64,000 nucleotides of DNA, from contig NC_087437.1 in assembly GCF_036321535.1 (NCBI RefSeq), positions 63,986,001-64,050,000 of the forward strand, in the 5' to 3' direction. Below, in pieces: positions 1 to 14,214 of this stretch; the first letter of the stretch is position 1, and every line of letters starts with the position of its first letter. The notes under the pieces are model-generated. The model was not told the DNA's origin, did no database searches, and was given only the letters and a program-made list of their open reading frames with translations. This stretch comes from Camelus dromedarius. Lineage: Eukaryota. The translations under genes were made by a program, and so were the position numbers.

Positions 1-731
1 AGGCCAGAAGTCTTAGCTGGCTCTAACATGTTTGAGTAGAGACATTGCTGAGTCTGGGTCACTGGCATGGTTCCTCCCCCTTCCCTACGTATCTGTGCCT
101 CCTCTGGCCTTGGAAATGAGAGCACACAACTCCCTATCACTCGGGGGCAAAATCCCTCCCTCCTGAAAGTCTCAGATCTATTCTGTCATCAAGTCCTAGA
201 GAGTCTTCCTTCTCCGTGTCCTTTCTCTTCCTATTCCTACTGCCATTACCATATTTAGGCTTTCAATACCTTCCACCTGAAGTAATAGAATCACCTCTCA
301 ACTAACTTCCTTGCTTCTAGTCTCTCCGCTCTGACAACCCAACCTATTCATCACTGCTAAATCAAATATCTTAAAATCCTGCCTTTGCTGTCGCCTATTC
401 AAAGACTTCCCCAAGAGTACAAAATCCTCAGCCTGGAGTACAAGCAGAGCTTTGAAGCTGAATAATCAGTCCCAGAATATCCAGAATTAGCCTTTACTGC
501 TGTAGGCAGACGACATGCCTCCACCGAAGTCCCAGCACAGGAGACGGTTCACACTGAGTTCACTGGGACCTACATCAATTCAACTAACAAAACTAATAGA
601 GGCTCAAATTAAAAGAGAGGCATAGAATTCAGACATTTTTATTTATTTAAAGTGCACAAAGAATTATTAGAACTGACACCTGAAACAAGCAATAATGGGA
701 AAGTGTTTCTTAAAAATGGGAGAGAACCTAC

Positions 732-797
732 CTGGTAAAGGCAGGCTGCTGTTCCAAGGAAAAACGCAACGATGTAATTAAAATCCTCACCATCACT
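732..797 (-). CDS. SEC22A: SEC22A coding exon (exon 6), [22 protein letters not shown], transmembrane region
   Basis: Minus strand ttttgtttttacag|AGTGATGGT...TACCAG|gtaggt; 66 nt, phase 0/0. Continues in frame from the exon at 12518-12633 and matches the recalled SEC22A C-terminal TM segment. The final exon is outside the window. Confidence 0.95.
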
Positions 798-2639
798 CTG
801 TAAAAACAAAATAAGAAATTACTTTTTTTTTTTAGTGGAAGCCAATTTCCAAAAGCAACCATTGGGATAGAATATGACAGCATTTATGCACAAATGGTAA
901 AAATTTTCACAAAGTGGCATATAAAAATCTCGAGTCCTAAAATAGAAACATAAAATATAATAACCAGGGAGTGTGATACAGAGGAAGACTACCAGCGTTC
1001 TTCTATCTGGGCCTCACCATCAATTATATTTTATCCAAGAGAAGATGAAAGTCAATGGAAACAAGTTTTCATGTAACATAAAAAGACTCTCCCCTCTCTA
1101 CTAAAGAAACCACATAAAAAAGTACAACACCCCAGTGGCTTATAAAGTTAGGCCTGCTAGCTAGGATTACTATTTGACTCAAATAAATATTGACAAACTT
1201 TACCATCTAGTAAGTGTATCACTGAATTGTCCAATGAAGTCATTTGGCATGATTAAAAAAACAAAACAAAAAACCAAAATTGAGAAGCTACTGCCCACTA
1301 GAGTGTGCTAAATCCCAACGAGGAAAGTCAGTCATAACACACTATGTTAGAAAAATAGCGCCCAGAGGAAAACCAGAGAGAGATCATGAATAAAATACTT
1401 CTTTTAAAAGAAAACTAATAGAGACATATACAACCCATTTTTTCTATTCCTTTTTGATTCCTCTTAAATATCTATATGTATCATTTATCTGAATGTTTTT
1501 ACAAAGTAGAACATGAAACCCAAGCGGGAGTTATCAAATTATTCTTCCAGGTAGGAGCATTAAATGTGGTCCTTATTTCAGGAAAAATCTCTTTATACAA
1601 TAAAAATTTACACAAGACATGGGACTGTCTCTCATGACCATGTCTTCACAAAATAATATAAAGAGAAAATTCCTTTTCCATTTGCTATTGGGCAAGAAAG
1701 TGCCTGTAAGGCAGAGGGAGAGTGGCTTATCCTAGTGAGATGATCTTAAAATAGAAACCATTCAACTATCTGGTTAGGCCAGTTCTATCCCAGAGGTAGG
1801 AAAGGTCAACATAAAACTGCTCTACTTTAATAATTCTAAGGCTTTAAATAAGTTCTGCTTGATTGTTTTCCTTTAGTCCTTTAAATCATTTTTTTTAATT
1901 ATAAAAGTTCATGTTCATTGTAGAGAATATGGAACAGATTGTTACAAAGAAGCAGCTCATATAGTCCATAATGCCACAACTTTGGGAGAATTAGAGCTAC
2001 CCATTTATGTACCACCTTCTAATCCTTTCTGTACAAAAATACATGTACATTAAAAAAAATAGAACCATACTTTCACATACTGCTTTTTTTGTACTCCACA
2101 TTATATCATAAACATGTTTTCAAGATACTAAATATTTCTCAGCCACTTAATTTGTAATAATTATATAACCTTTAATGGTGGGGAAATACAATAATGTAAT
2201 TATTTTCCTACAATTGAATATTATATTTCCCCTAAATTTACACCATCACTTTATAACTCTCTTAATTGCCTTTGGAACACTTAAGAGTATGTTTCTGGAG
2301 TCAATCAGAGATTCAATGAAATAACATTTGCAAATACAAAGAACAGTAACTGACACACAGTAAGTATTCAAAAACATTAACTTCTCTCTCCCAGAGGTTA
2401 CTGTATACATTATTCATCAGATAACTGGGGTTACCTTTAGTATTGTTTAAACCTCTAAAGTGCTGGCCTTGTCTTCTCAATTAGATCCTAACCTTTCTTC
2501 AAAGCAGAAAATAAAACTTACTACTTGCATGAAACTTGCATGTGCACATAGTAGGATTCAACAAATGCATGCCAAATTGAGCTGAACTTTGAAAAATCTT
2601 TATTTCTACTTGCTAAAGAGAATGTCTATAAACATATTC

Positions 2640-4560
2640 TTCCATTCAATAAATACTCATTCATTAAACACTTACGGGCCAAGTACTGCATTTCTAGACC
2701 AAGAATAGAAAACAAGTCAACACCAACTCAAGAAGCTCACCCTCTAATCAGGAAGGCAGATACAGACACCAACAATTCCTACCCGAAGTAGTAACTGATG
2801 GGATAGATGTGTGTACAGGGTACTAAGGGAACATACTGGAGGACACTGCTAATTCTGCCTGGAGAAAAAAAGGATCAGGGAAAGTTTGCCAGAGGAAGTA
2901 AAGCTTAATCTGCATCTTGATGGATGAACTGGTAGACAAGGTAGGAAGAGAATTCAGGCCAAGGACATAGCTTGTGCAGTTTCAAAGAAGGAAGAGGTTA
3001 GGATGACTCCAAGGTCTCCTGTTTAGGCAAGTTGGAAAGATACCATTCACTAAGTTAGGAATATAGGAGGAAAAGTAGTTTTGAGCACAGAAAAAATAGA
3101 ATTCATCTTGGACACGCTATTTTGGACTTGCTAGTGGGACAGCCAAATAATTATGCTTAGTAGACATTTAAGTTAGCTTCAGGGAAGAGTTTAACCTAGA
3201 GATCTAGTTTAGTAGTCATGAATTTAAATAGTAGTTAAATGAAAGAAAGGACTATGACAACCAAATGCAAAGCTTAATTCTTGATTGGCTGCTAGATCAG
3301 AGAGAGGAAAAAACACTATAAAGGATTATTTGGGGTCAATTTTGAATTGTGAAATTCGAATATAGACTTTATATTAGATAATACTGCACTGATCTTAAAT
3401 TTCTTTGGTGTAATAAAGGTATTGTGATTATGTAGGAAAATGTCCTAGTCCTTAAGACATACATATTGAATAATTTTGGACTGTCACAATACCTAGTTTT
3501 ACTTCAAATGATTCAGAAAAAAAAAGAAAATGAATAGAGAAAGAAAGGTAGGTAGGTAGGTATACAGGTAGCTGTTAATTATGTCTACTATTAAGTTTTA
3601 AAAACTTTTCTGTAAGTTTGAATTCTCTCAAAATAAAATGTTGTGTAGTGGGGGAAAATGGGAAAACAAATGAAAAAATACTATGCAGTCACTAAAAAGA
3701 ATCTCTACATGCTCAAATGAAATGATCTACATATTATTAGGTGAAAAAAGATGCAGATCAGTATGTATAGTATACTTATATATACTTATTACAAAGAGTA
3801 ATTTTAAGAGAACAATTACGTAAGTAAATATATAAGTAGATATGCACTAGCATATACACATTATCTCTCTACAAGGACACACCAGTGGTTGACTCTGGGG
3901 AGAAGTGGGAAGAGAATTACTTACTGAAAATTACAGGATTTGAAATTTACCATGTACACATTTTACTGTGTGTATGCATGACTCTAGATGTCTGTGGATA
4001 TACATCTATTAACTTTTCTAAAAATCATTTTGAAAATATCCAAGGAGAAGGTGTAGAGTTAGAAGAATATAAAGCCAAGGACACAACACCAGAGAACGCC
4101 ACTATTTAAAGGACAGGTGGAGGAAGAAAGTTTACCAAATAAACTGAGGAACAGGAAGAGAAAGGGAGAAAATACAACAGGAGAAAACTTTCATGGAACT
4201 GAAGGGAATTGTTCCATGGAACTGATAATCTCAAAAAGAATGTTAAGTAACACATCACACTATTAACAGTGATTTATTTGCTTCTAAGTTTTCTAAAATA
4301 AACATTATTTTTTAAATTAAACAATGAGTTATTTTTAAGAGGAAGAACTGAACAGTTTGTGGGATGAGGTAGAGAGGACACACAAAACAAGGCCTCAAGA
4401 GTGGCTGCAATATGTGACAACCAGAAGGACACTAGTGAACTTAATGGTCAGTGTTTGAAAGAATTATACGGCAGAAAGAGATCACAGCAGACTAAGAGAA
4501 TAGAGGTAAGGGGGTGGGGGCAACAAACATAGTCTATGTTTTCAAAATATTAGAAGGAAA
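2640..4560 (-). mobile_element. L2 fragments (about 2640-3240 and 4030-4560) interrupted by old L1 3'-end fragments (about 3245-4025, + strand)
   Basis: ccattcaataaatactcattcattaaacacttac L2-tail pattern and purine-rich L2 antisense body; L1MC/ME-like ttttctgtaagtttgaattctctcaaaataaaa. Confidence 0.55.
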
Positions 4561-7500
4561 CATACATCAAGAGGTTTTTTTAGGTTTTTTTTGTTTGCTT
4601 ATTTTTTAGAGACCAGCAGGCTATATATCATGTTTACGAGCTGAGAGAATAAAGCCAGTAGAGAGGAAGCAGATGAAATGTAGGTGAGGGACTAGCTAGA
4701 GCTTGAGGAAATATGGAACAGAGGTTTAGAGAGGACAGAAGTGGGAGCGCGGTGGGGACCAGGGTGGACTGGAGCACGGATGAAGGTGGGGTGAGGAAAT
4801 AAGGGCAGAGGTAAGGAGTCAGATTTTAAAAAATCACATTGACCTTCAGAGGATGCTAGGGTACCAACATATTGCTTTGAAAACTGACAAATAAAGGAAA
4901 AGAATATTTTTTTAAGGTGAGGATGAAGAGGTAAGCAGAAGCTTCATATAACAGCCACACAACGTATTAGGATGACACTATTTAAATGTTTGCAGTAATT
5001 GGGAAACATTCACTTTTTAATCTTAAACGAAAAAAGGGCACAAAGTTACATAATGTATATGATATGTATACAAGTATATGTGTGTATATACAGTATATAT
5101 TAATAAAATACAGAGAAAAATTAGGGGTAATTTTTTTCTTCGTTATATATTTCCCCATATATGAAAATAGAACTCAGGAAAAATACTTTTATTTCTTTTG
5201 AAAGAAAGAAAGCACTGCATCTTAGCATAAATATTATGCCACTAAATAAATCAAAACTTCCTTTGAGCTTTAATAGGTATGTAATTTCTTTAAGAGGTAT
5301 CAACAAATCTATGGGAAATAAAGAACTCAAAAAACAAAAGCAAGTGGATTACTTCTGTTTTGTAGTAGCCATTACAATTTTAGAATCAGAGGGTCTTAGA
5401 ACACTAGTACTGAAGTGGTCCATGAGTATATGTAGTGTAAAGCCTTCCTCTTGCAGAATAGGAAAATGAGATCCAAGAAGGTAAAGTAACCCATCCAACG
5501 TCATAAAGTTAGTTACTGGCAGGTGCAACCCAGGTATTCTGTCTTCCAGGTCAGCATTTCTACTGCTGTATCAGAATTCTCAATACTTTTTCTAATGCAT
5601 CACATGCAAATTACTTCTAGGTTGGCATCAGCCTAATTAATATCGTTGCTTCAAGGTTGATCCTTAAAGGAACATAGGCAATATAAACCCAATGTGATAA
5701 AAGCTTATGCATTTGTGAGGTGCCAATTCACAATAAACTTATTAACATCTCTAAACTCAGAACAAAGTATGGAAATGAGTGAAAAAATCTAACTTACACA
5801 TTACTGTGAATACCAAATCAAATTTACAACTTAAAAAAAAAAACTACATTCACCCTAAACGTCCCTAGTCTGAACTTAGATACCAAAGAAAAACTTCAGT
5901 ACTTGGTATTTTAAATAAATCGTTTGTTATTGCCCTAAGAGGCAGCTATTAATCTAGAAGAAACAAGCTTGTGCTGAATCTTCAAACATTAACAATATAC
6001 AGGAATATTGATTCACATGGGTTCTCAAATTTAAATGTGCCTCAGGCACCAAGTTACATACCAGAAGATAAACATGGCTATCATTTTTAGCATTCGAGAA
6101 GAGTATTTAGAATTCACAGCCTTAAAAAAAAGCAAACTTTAATATCGATATATTGCTCATATTCAGGAAATACACTACACATTTTTAGCTAGATCTAAAA
6201 ATATGATCTCCAAATAAATCCTCTGCTCTTAAGTCAAGTATTAAAGAAATGCTGAGGCCACTTAATCTCGCTACTGTCTTTCTGCCTCCTTTATCACCAT
6301 GATTTGAGTAACTCCACTACAGGTAACTTCAGAACATAAAAGTTTAAGTCCCATATCCTGGATTTTGCACTCAAGCCTACGTAACAAACCACCTCAAAAA
6401 GATCTACTTTATTGACCAAAAATTATCTATAGTGACTCTAGATATTATTCCTAACACAAAATACGATGAGCCAGAGAGAAAGCTAAGTGTATGTCCTAAG
6501 TTCAATGGCTTTAGTGAGAATAAAAAGGACATTTTAACCAATATAGATCATGAACAATAATAAAATAGAAGCTAATGAGGGAAAATTAAAAGCAAGAGAT
6601 CTCAGGTCCCTAATTTTATATATATTTTCTCTCAGGTTAATCCAGGCTATAAAGGATGTACTTGTTGAAACTAATCTAGTTTGCACCCTTAATCCTCCCC
6701 TGCTTCGGTTCTAAATTTATCACAGTACATTCTGCATTCTGACATTTCATTTTCTCCTTTCGTTTGCTTATTGTCCATTCAATCTTTTAGAACATGGAAT
6801 CCAGGGCTACAGAGTAACCCCCCATTATTCTCATAACAAGACAAGAAAAAAACATCTCCCAGAATCAGTCATTTATCAGAACATTTTTCTCTGTACAGAT
6901 ATAAACCCCCCAGTAACTAGAACAGGAATCTCTACTTTTGGTCCAGTGAATTTCCTAAAGCAATGATTCTCATTTACGTGAGAGGGTCAGAATTTACTGG
7001 AAAATACTTTAAAACTACCCACGAGTGACAAACTATTTGTGGACTACATGCCCCTCATCTTTGCACTCTTGTTTCCTCACTCCTCTCTTAGAGCATCACT
7101 GCTTTAGGAACCTCAACTACTGAGAATGCATGTGGGTTACAGCAGATCAAAGACTTAAAATAATGCTAAGGGAACAACATAAGCAGGTTTTCCTAGTTTC
7201 CAGATACTAAAAATCCCACATGGACCAATTTATAGCTCTCTAAGTCAAGTGAGGAAGAAATGATGTTGGGGTGAATTTAGTCTAGGAGGACAATGAAAAA
7301 GAAAGAATTCCATATCAACCATCAGAAAGATACATCTTCAAAGATACAAGCATCCATTGGCTTTCACATGGCCCTTGTCAGAGGGCACAAAACTGTACAT
7401 CTGACCATAAAACATGAATCAGATCCCTGAACCCAGGCTCCACTCTGGCTGGTGCTCTGAGGTCCCCACCTGGCCTGTGTGAACAGGAACGCTAAGCCCC

Positions 7501-7679
7501 TCCATTAGAAGAGAAAGCCCCATCCACTATTTTAACAAATGGTTAAATGGAGCTGGCTGGGTGTAACAGGCTGAACTTATTAACTAAGTGGAGCCACACC
7601 TATTGCAACATCAATGCCCAGAGAATGCTTCTCCCTTTCTGGCCTTTGTTTTAATGCTGGTATGTGTGTGTGTGTTTAA

Positions 7680-10300
7680 ATTAATAGACTGCTATCTTTA
7701 GAGCAGTTTCAGGTTTACAGAAAATTAAGCCAATAATAGTACAGAGAGCACCCATATACCTACTTTCCCCTGCTCACAGCTTTCTCTATCATTAACACCT
7801 TGCATTAACGTGGTACATTTGTTACAACTGATGAGCCAATAGTGACACATTATTATTAACTAAAATTCATTATATGTATAACTGAATCACCATGCTGTAC
7901 ACCAGAAATTAACACAACATTGTAAACCAACTATACTTCAATTAAAAAAAAAAAACTAAAGTCCATGGTTTACATTAAGGCCCACTCTGTGTTGTACATT
8001 CTATGGGTTTTGACAAATATATAATGACATAACCACTATTTCAGTAACATTCAGAACAGTTTCACTGCCCTTAAAATCTCACGTTCCTCCTATTCATCCC
8101 TTCCTTCTTCCATTCTTCCAAACCTCTAGCAATCGCTAATCTTTTCACTTACTGTCTTGAAAGTTTTGCCTTTTCCAGAATGTCATATAGTTGGAATCTT
8201 ATAGTACGTAGTTTTTTCAAACTGGCTTCTTTCATTAAGCAATATGCACTTAAGGTTTAGCCATGTCTTTTTTTGCCTGACAGCTCATTTCTTTTTATTA
8301 CTGAATAACATTCCATTGTATGGTTTGCTGAAGTTTGTTTATCCATTCACCTTTTGAAGGACATCTTAATTCTGTCCAGTGTTTTTGAAATTATAAAGTT
8401 GATATAAACATTAATGTGCAAGCTTTCGTGTGGACAGAAGTTTTCTACTCATATGGGACTACTCATGTAATACCTAGGAGCATGACTGCTGGATCGTATG
8501 GTAAATCTGTTTAGCTTTGTGAGAAACAGCCCAACTGTCTTCCAAAGTGACTATACCATTCTGATTTCCCACCAACAATGAATGAGAGTTCCTATTGTTC
8601 CATTTCCTCACCAGCATTTGGTATTGTCAGTTTTTTGGATTTTGCCATTCTAATAGATGTTTAGTGGTATCTTACTGATGTTTCGATTTGCATTTCCTTA
8701 ATGACTTATAATGTTGAGCATTTTTATATGCTTATTTGCCACCTGCATATCTACTCTGCTGAGATGTCTGTGTTTAGTTCTTCTGCTCATTTTTTAATTG
8801 GGTTTTTTCTTTCTTTAGTGTTAGAGTTCCATGTATGTTTTAAGATATAAGCCCTTTGTCAAGTGTGTTTTGCAGATACCTTCCTCTGGCCTGTGGCTTA
8901 TCTTTTTCATTCTCTTGATGTCCTTTGCAGTTTTTAAATTAAGTCCAACTTACGATTTTCTTTCATGGATACTTTTGATGTTGTATCTAAAAATTTATCA
9001 CCAAATCCAAGATCATCTAGGTTTTCTCCTGTTACCTTTCATAGGTTTTATAGTTTTATGTTTTACATTTAGGTCTGTGATCCATTTTGAGTTAATTTTT
9101 TGTGAAAGGAGTTAAGATCTATTTCTAGACTTTTTTTTTTTTTTTTTGCATGTGGATGGCCACCTGTTCCAGCACCATTTGTTGAAAAGAATTCTTTGCC
9201 CACTGAATTGTTTGTTCCTCTGTCAAAGATCAGTTGATCATATTTGTATGGATGTATTTCTAGGCTCTCTATTCTGTTCCACTGACTGAATTGCTTGTCT
9301 ACTCTTTTGCCAGTACCACACTGTCTTAATTAGAGCTTAATAGTAAATCTTAAGGTTGAATAGTGTTAGTCCTCTGACTTTGTTCTTTTTCTTCAGTATT
9401 GTGTTGGCTATTCTGGGCTTGCCTTTCCACATAAACTTGAAAATCACTGTCAGCATCCACAAAATAACTTGCTGGGATTTTGACTGGGATTGTTGATGAA
9501 ACGACAGATCAAGTCGAGAAGAAACAACATCTTAACAATACTGAGTCTTCCTACCCAGGAACATGGTAGATCTTTTATTTCTTTTCTTAGAGTTTTATAG
9601 TTTCCCCATAAAGATCTAGAACGTATTTTGCTAGATTTATTAAGTGTCTCATTTTTGGGTGGTGCCAATATAAATGGAATTGTAGTTTTAATTTCAAATT
9701 TCAATTGTTCCTTGATGATATATAAGAAATCAACTGACGTGAATTCTATGGCCTTGCTGTCATCACTTATTAGTTCCAGGAGTTTGCTGATTCTTTTGAA
9801 TTTCCTACATAAACAATCATGTCATCCCTGTCATTCTTCCTTCCCAAACTGTGTATCTTTTCTTTTCTTGTCTTATTGCATTAACTAGGCCTTCCAACGT
9901 TGAATAGGAGTGGTGATAGGGGACATTCTTGTCTTGTTACCAATCTTTAGAAGAAAATATCTAGTTTTTCATCAAGTATGATGTTAGCTGTAGGGTTTCT
10001 GTAGGTATTCTTTATCGAGTTGAGGAAGTTCTCCTTTATCCCTAGTTTGCTGTGAGTTTTATCATGATTTTGTCAAATGCTTTTTCTGCATCTACTGATA
10101 TGACCATATGATTTTTCTCCTTTAGCCTGTTGATATAATGGATTACACTAATTTGATTTTCAAATGTTGAATCAGCCTTACATACCTGGAATAAAACCCA
10201 CTTGGTTTTGGTATATAATTCTTTCTTTATACATTTTTGGATTCAATTTGCTAATATTTTATTGAGGATTTTTGCATATGTGTTCATGAGAGATACTGGA
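7680..10300 (-). mobile_element. Degenerate L1 (L1M-type), 3' UTR to ORF2
   Basis: Antisense L1 hallmarks gttccagcaccatttgttgaaaaga and ttcctcaccagcatttggtattgtcag; ORF 9450..9704 has ORF2-like LRKEIKDLPCSWVGRLSIVKM. Confidence 0.88.
7870..7955 (+). mobile_element. Short 5'-truncated younger L1 3' end with poly(A), nested in the older L1
   Basis: tgtataactgaatcaccatgctgtacaccagaaattaacacaacattgtaaaccaactatacttcaatt plus A13; flanks aactaaaattcat / aactaaagtccat. Confidence 0.75.
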
Positions 10301-12517
10301 CAGTAACGGTGGTCTTTTTAAAATGTAAGTAGGCTGAGAAATCTAGCACTATCAGTCAGTTACACAAAAGTGGTAATTAGTTTAATCAGATTAGTATTCT
10401 GAAAACCTCAAATACGATGAGGCAGACATTACTAACCAGAGAGAGAACATGAAACACTTAGGAATCAAGGCAAACATTAGCCAGGGATAGTGGTTTAAAA
10501 GCATGAAAAGCTGTGTTTAAACTACTTTGCTTAGTTTTGAAGTTGTGAATCAGAGGAAAGAATCAGTCTAGGAAGAGGAGGGATAAGATATGAGTGCCTG
10601 AAAAAAATCACCCGTTAAAAGGTTTTGTGAAATATGGACAGCTTTCCTCAATTTTAACTTACAAGTAATGTGGCCTAAACCACAGGTTCCCCAACTTATG
10701 TACTGTCTTCCAAGTCAGAGGTAGTAAGGCTCTGCTTCTCTCTACCCAGGCCTGCTCCTGCCCCTTATTTATTAATCTGCTCATTTCAAACAACCAGAGA
10801 ATTTTTTTTAACAATAGAATTTTAACTTCAGAGTACCACATTCACAATTTTTGCCAACTTTAAATACTAATTATACCATTATTTATTAAGGTATTTCATA
10901 AAGGTCACTTTTTATTAAAATTAATTTCTTTTAAAAGGAAAATTTTATATCACTATCATTAATCGAAACTAGTATCCCTTACCAAAGAGACATTATACAT
11001 TAATATACATTAAATACATTAACCCTTAAAATTAAAAATGTTTACCCTTCTACTACCTAGTCATCTGTTGTGTAGCCAGAGGTAAATGTGTCCTATACTT
11101 AGAGAAATACTCATCAAATCCACCTTTCTCCTTCATTTCATAAGCAATGAAGCTGACGACCAGAAAGTAAGGTGAGCTATTCAAGGTCATAGAACTAATC
11201 AGAAGCTGAGATGGAGCCAACCCTCCTTCTTTCTTCCACAAATAAAAATCAACTCTCCACATACCTATGCTACTCTTCTTTCCACTACATCACATTAAAA
11301 AAAAAAAAGGCAAAGAGGACCTTTTTTATTAGCTTTTTCACTTGGCAGTCTCCAAATTGCCTTTGTTTTTCTTTTGGCAGGTTGTTTAACTGGCTCGAAA
11401 CTGAACTCCTGCTGGAATAAAGCTGAACTGGCTACGGAACAGGGGCAGGAATGCCAATAGACAGTAGCCAGCTGTCCTGTGCCTGAAAGGGAAGAGGGGC
11501 TTTACCTAAAGGCCCAGGATCTTCCGGAAAGGAACTGGGAAGTCATGAGTAGACCCCAAACCCCCTCAAGGGACAGCTCAGTTGCCTGGAACCTGTAATG
11601 TTCTCTGCTATTAGTGTCACACAACTGAGGATATTCAGAGAGTACTCAGAATGGCACTCTCTTGCGTATTCCCCAAACTAACAGCAATTTAAAAACACAA
11701 TATAAGGTGTCTTGAGCGGGTTTTTACAAATGATACTCTTAGCCTAATGCTGGCCCCCTCCCAAAAAAAAGAGAACTAATTTACAATGTGAAAGTGTCAA
11801 AAAAAAAAATCTTCAGAGAAAAGTGGAAATAGGAAAAGGAAAGCTGAAATGTGCTTAACATTAAGAAAGGAAGTTTCAAAAGTTTACAAAAAGAATAAGA
11901 GAAAAAGTATATTCTGATAGCTGTAGTCTCTAGAAGAAACTCAACTGGAAAACAAAATAGTTGGCAATATCTGAAGAAAATGAGTGTTTTCACAGGTAGC
12001 CGCCAACAAAAAAGAAAAAAGAGCAGATAAGTAGGACCACCCAGAGATAGGACAAAATCCTGTCCACAAACACCCTCTTCTTCCTTCTACTCCTCTCTGT
12101 CCACTCAGATCCTTCCTGGCCCAGCCCACCCCCCCTCCATGAGCTTCCTTCTCCCTCACAATGACTGCTCCCCTTCCAGACCTTCTGTACTTGACATTTA
12201 CTTGTGGCCTTCTTTACCTCCCCAATTCAGCTCTGGGGTCTGAGACTGCAGAGCCCATGTCACACATACCTTGGTGTCCCCAGAATACCTCTAAACAATG
12301 CCTCCTGCAATGGAGATAATAAATAAGTATGTGCTAATTAAGCCAAAGAAGCCAACAAGAAACCTGTTTTTAGAGGGGAAACTAGAGTAGGTATAAAGAA
12401 TACAAAATCTGACCATGCATTATAAGTTGTACTAATACCCAAATCAATTCAAATCAATCGTGTAACAAGTAGAATCAAAAGGCACAGTCACCTGAAATTG
12501 CAAAAATAGCACAGTAC

Positions 12518-12633
12518 CTGCAGGAGACTTTCTATGGCATGAAAGCCTCGAATTAGATTCAGAGCTGCACATAAAAGACTAAGGATAAATGCCACAATCC
12601 CTGCCAGAGTTGCTGGTTCCAGCCTCTGGTGAG
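12518..12633 (-). CDS. SEC22A: SEC22A coding exon (exon 5), (A)[38 protein letters not shown]
   Basis: ttttatttttcag|CTCACCAG...CTGCAG|gtactg; 116 nt, phase 1/0; encodes a hydrophobic first TM helix. Confidence 0.96.
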
Positions 12634-12866
12634 CTGAAAAATAAAACAAATAGTTAGAAATGAACATGAGTATCTCACATTAATACCTACACTTATGTAA
12701 AATGAAACTCACTGCTTAATTTAAATGGGTCAAATATAGACGAATCATCATAAAATTATTTAATATATGTATCTTAGTAATAAATATTTTTTAAAATGCA
12801 AAATGTCTGACAAGATGACAGCTTCATTCCCCTGAACTCAAGTTGAATTAACTTCTTTTTCTCTAC

Positions 12867-12980
12867 TTTTTTTTCAAATATGGGATGCTTCATGAATTTG
12901 CATGTCATCCTTGTGTAGGGGCCATGTTAATCTTCTCTGTATCTTTCCAATTTTAGTATATGTGCTGCCAAAGTGAACAG
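12867..12980 (-). pseudogene. Retroposed U6 snRNA pseudogene, full length, with A tail and TSD
   Basis: Minus strand ...GGCAGCACATATACTAAAATTGGAAAGATACAGAGAAGATTAACATGGCCCCTACACAAGGATGACATGCAAATTCATGAAGCATCCCATATTTG followed by A8. Direct repeat tttttctctac at 12856-12866 and 12981-12991. CpGs decayed. Confidence 0.95.
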
Positions 12981-14214
12981 TTTTTCTCTACATTTTTAAT
13001 AAAGACACCTAACTTGCATTTTGGGTACACAGTGCTAAGGAGTGCTCACATTTGGCAGTAAATCATATAGGAAAAAACCTAACTGCCTAAATATGTCTAC
13101 CGTTTGCAAAGGTGACTTTGCTCAGAAACACACTGCATAATTCCTACTTTTTCTGAAAATGCTTAGAAAACATTTTTAAAGACAAACAGCTTGCTTTTAA
13201 GCAAAGTTCTCCCTTATCTGGGTTCCAGGGCCATAAATACCATGAGACAGATGTTAAAGCTCATATATAATAACTAATCTGAACTCTACAAGAGAATGGA
13301 CTTTTATAGTTATGAGGTTCCTGGTCTCTGAAGACCACTTGAAGGTAAAAATACTAAAACACTAGCTGAAGTGACCGGTTTATTTTACAAACACATTCCC
13401 TTATCTGTCAGGGCTTCAGAGCATAAGACCTTTAGATATACAATAGCTTCCCTTCATCATCCTCCTGCAGTTAACAGAATTAACAATAGAGTCTAAATGA
13501 AAACACAAAACTAAATACATAATCAATCTAAACCTCAGAAAGGAGAGAGAGGGAAAGAGAGGACAACAGAACTACATTTAGATCGTTTTATTTAAATCAC
13601 TGAAGTGTAAAAGCCCTAACAATGAAGTTAATGAGGTGGAACATTAATATAAGGAAGAGCTTAAATCTTTGCAACTTATATTCAGCCATTACAACGGAAA
13701 AGCTTCCCAGACAATTCACAAAAACCCATATTTCACAAAAAGTATTTATTCCTCAAGTTCAGTAGAAAATGCTAATATAGGATAACATTTTCTTCAGTTT
13801 CTTTTGTGCCCAAGGTGACTGCTTGGTCTCCCAATCAATTTCCTTGAGATTTTAATACGAAAATAAAAAACTAATTTCTTTGTAAAGTACCAATACCAAA
13901 TTTTCTATCACTGGAGGAAAAAACAACCTCACAATCTAAAAATCTATCCAACTGGTTTACCAATCAGTCATGTTTTGCATCCCTCCCTCCCTACCTCTGC
14001 ACCCTCTCTGAGCAGTATGTAAGGCGGAACTGTCCTCTAAGGAAAAAAGAAATCCTTAATATGGGCCTCAAGCATAAAGCCACTTGATAACTGAACAGAT
14101 TATAGGAATAACACTTATAAAGTATACAAGTTTACCTTACCGAAGAATCCAAACAATATTTTGTATTATAATTAAAGAAACTTAAGCTTTTGATGGCCAA
14201 ATAAGGGATGGCCA

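Noticed and set aside
12875..12980. Functional U6 snRNA gene
   Set aside because: A tail, TSD, CpG decay and a mutated AGC triad indicate a retropseudogene
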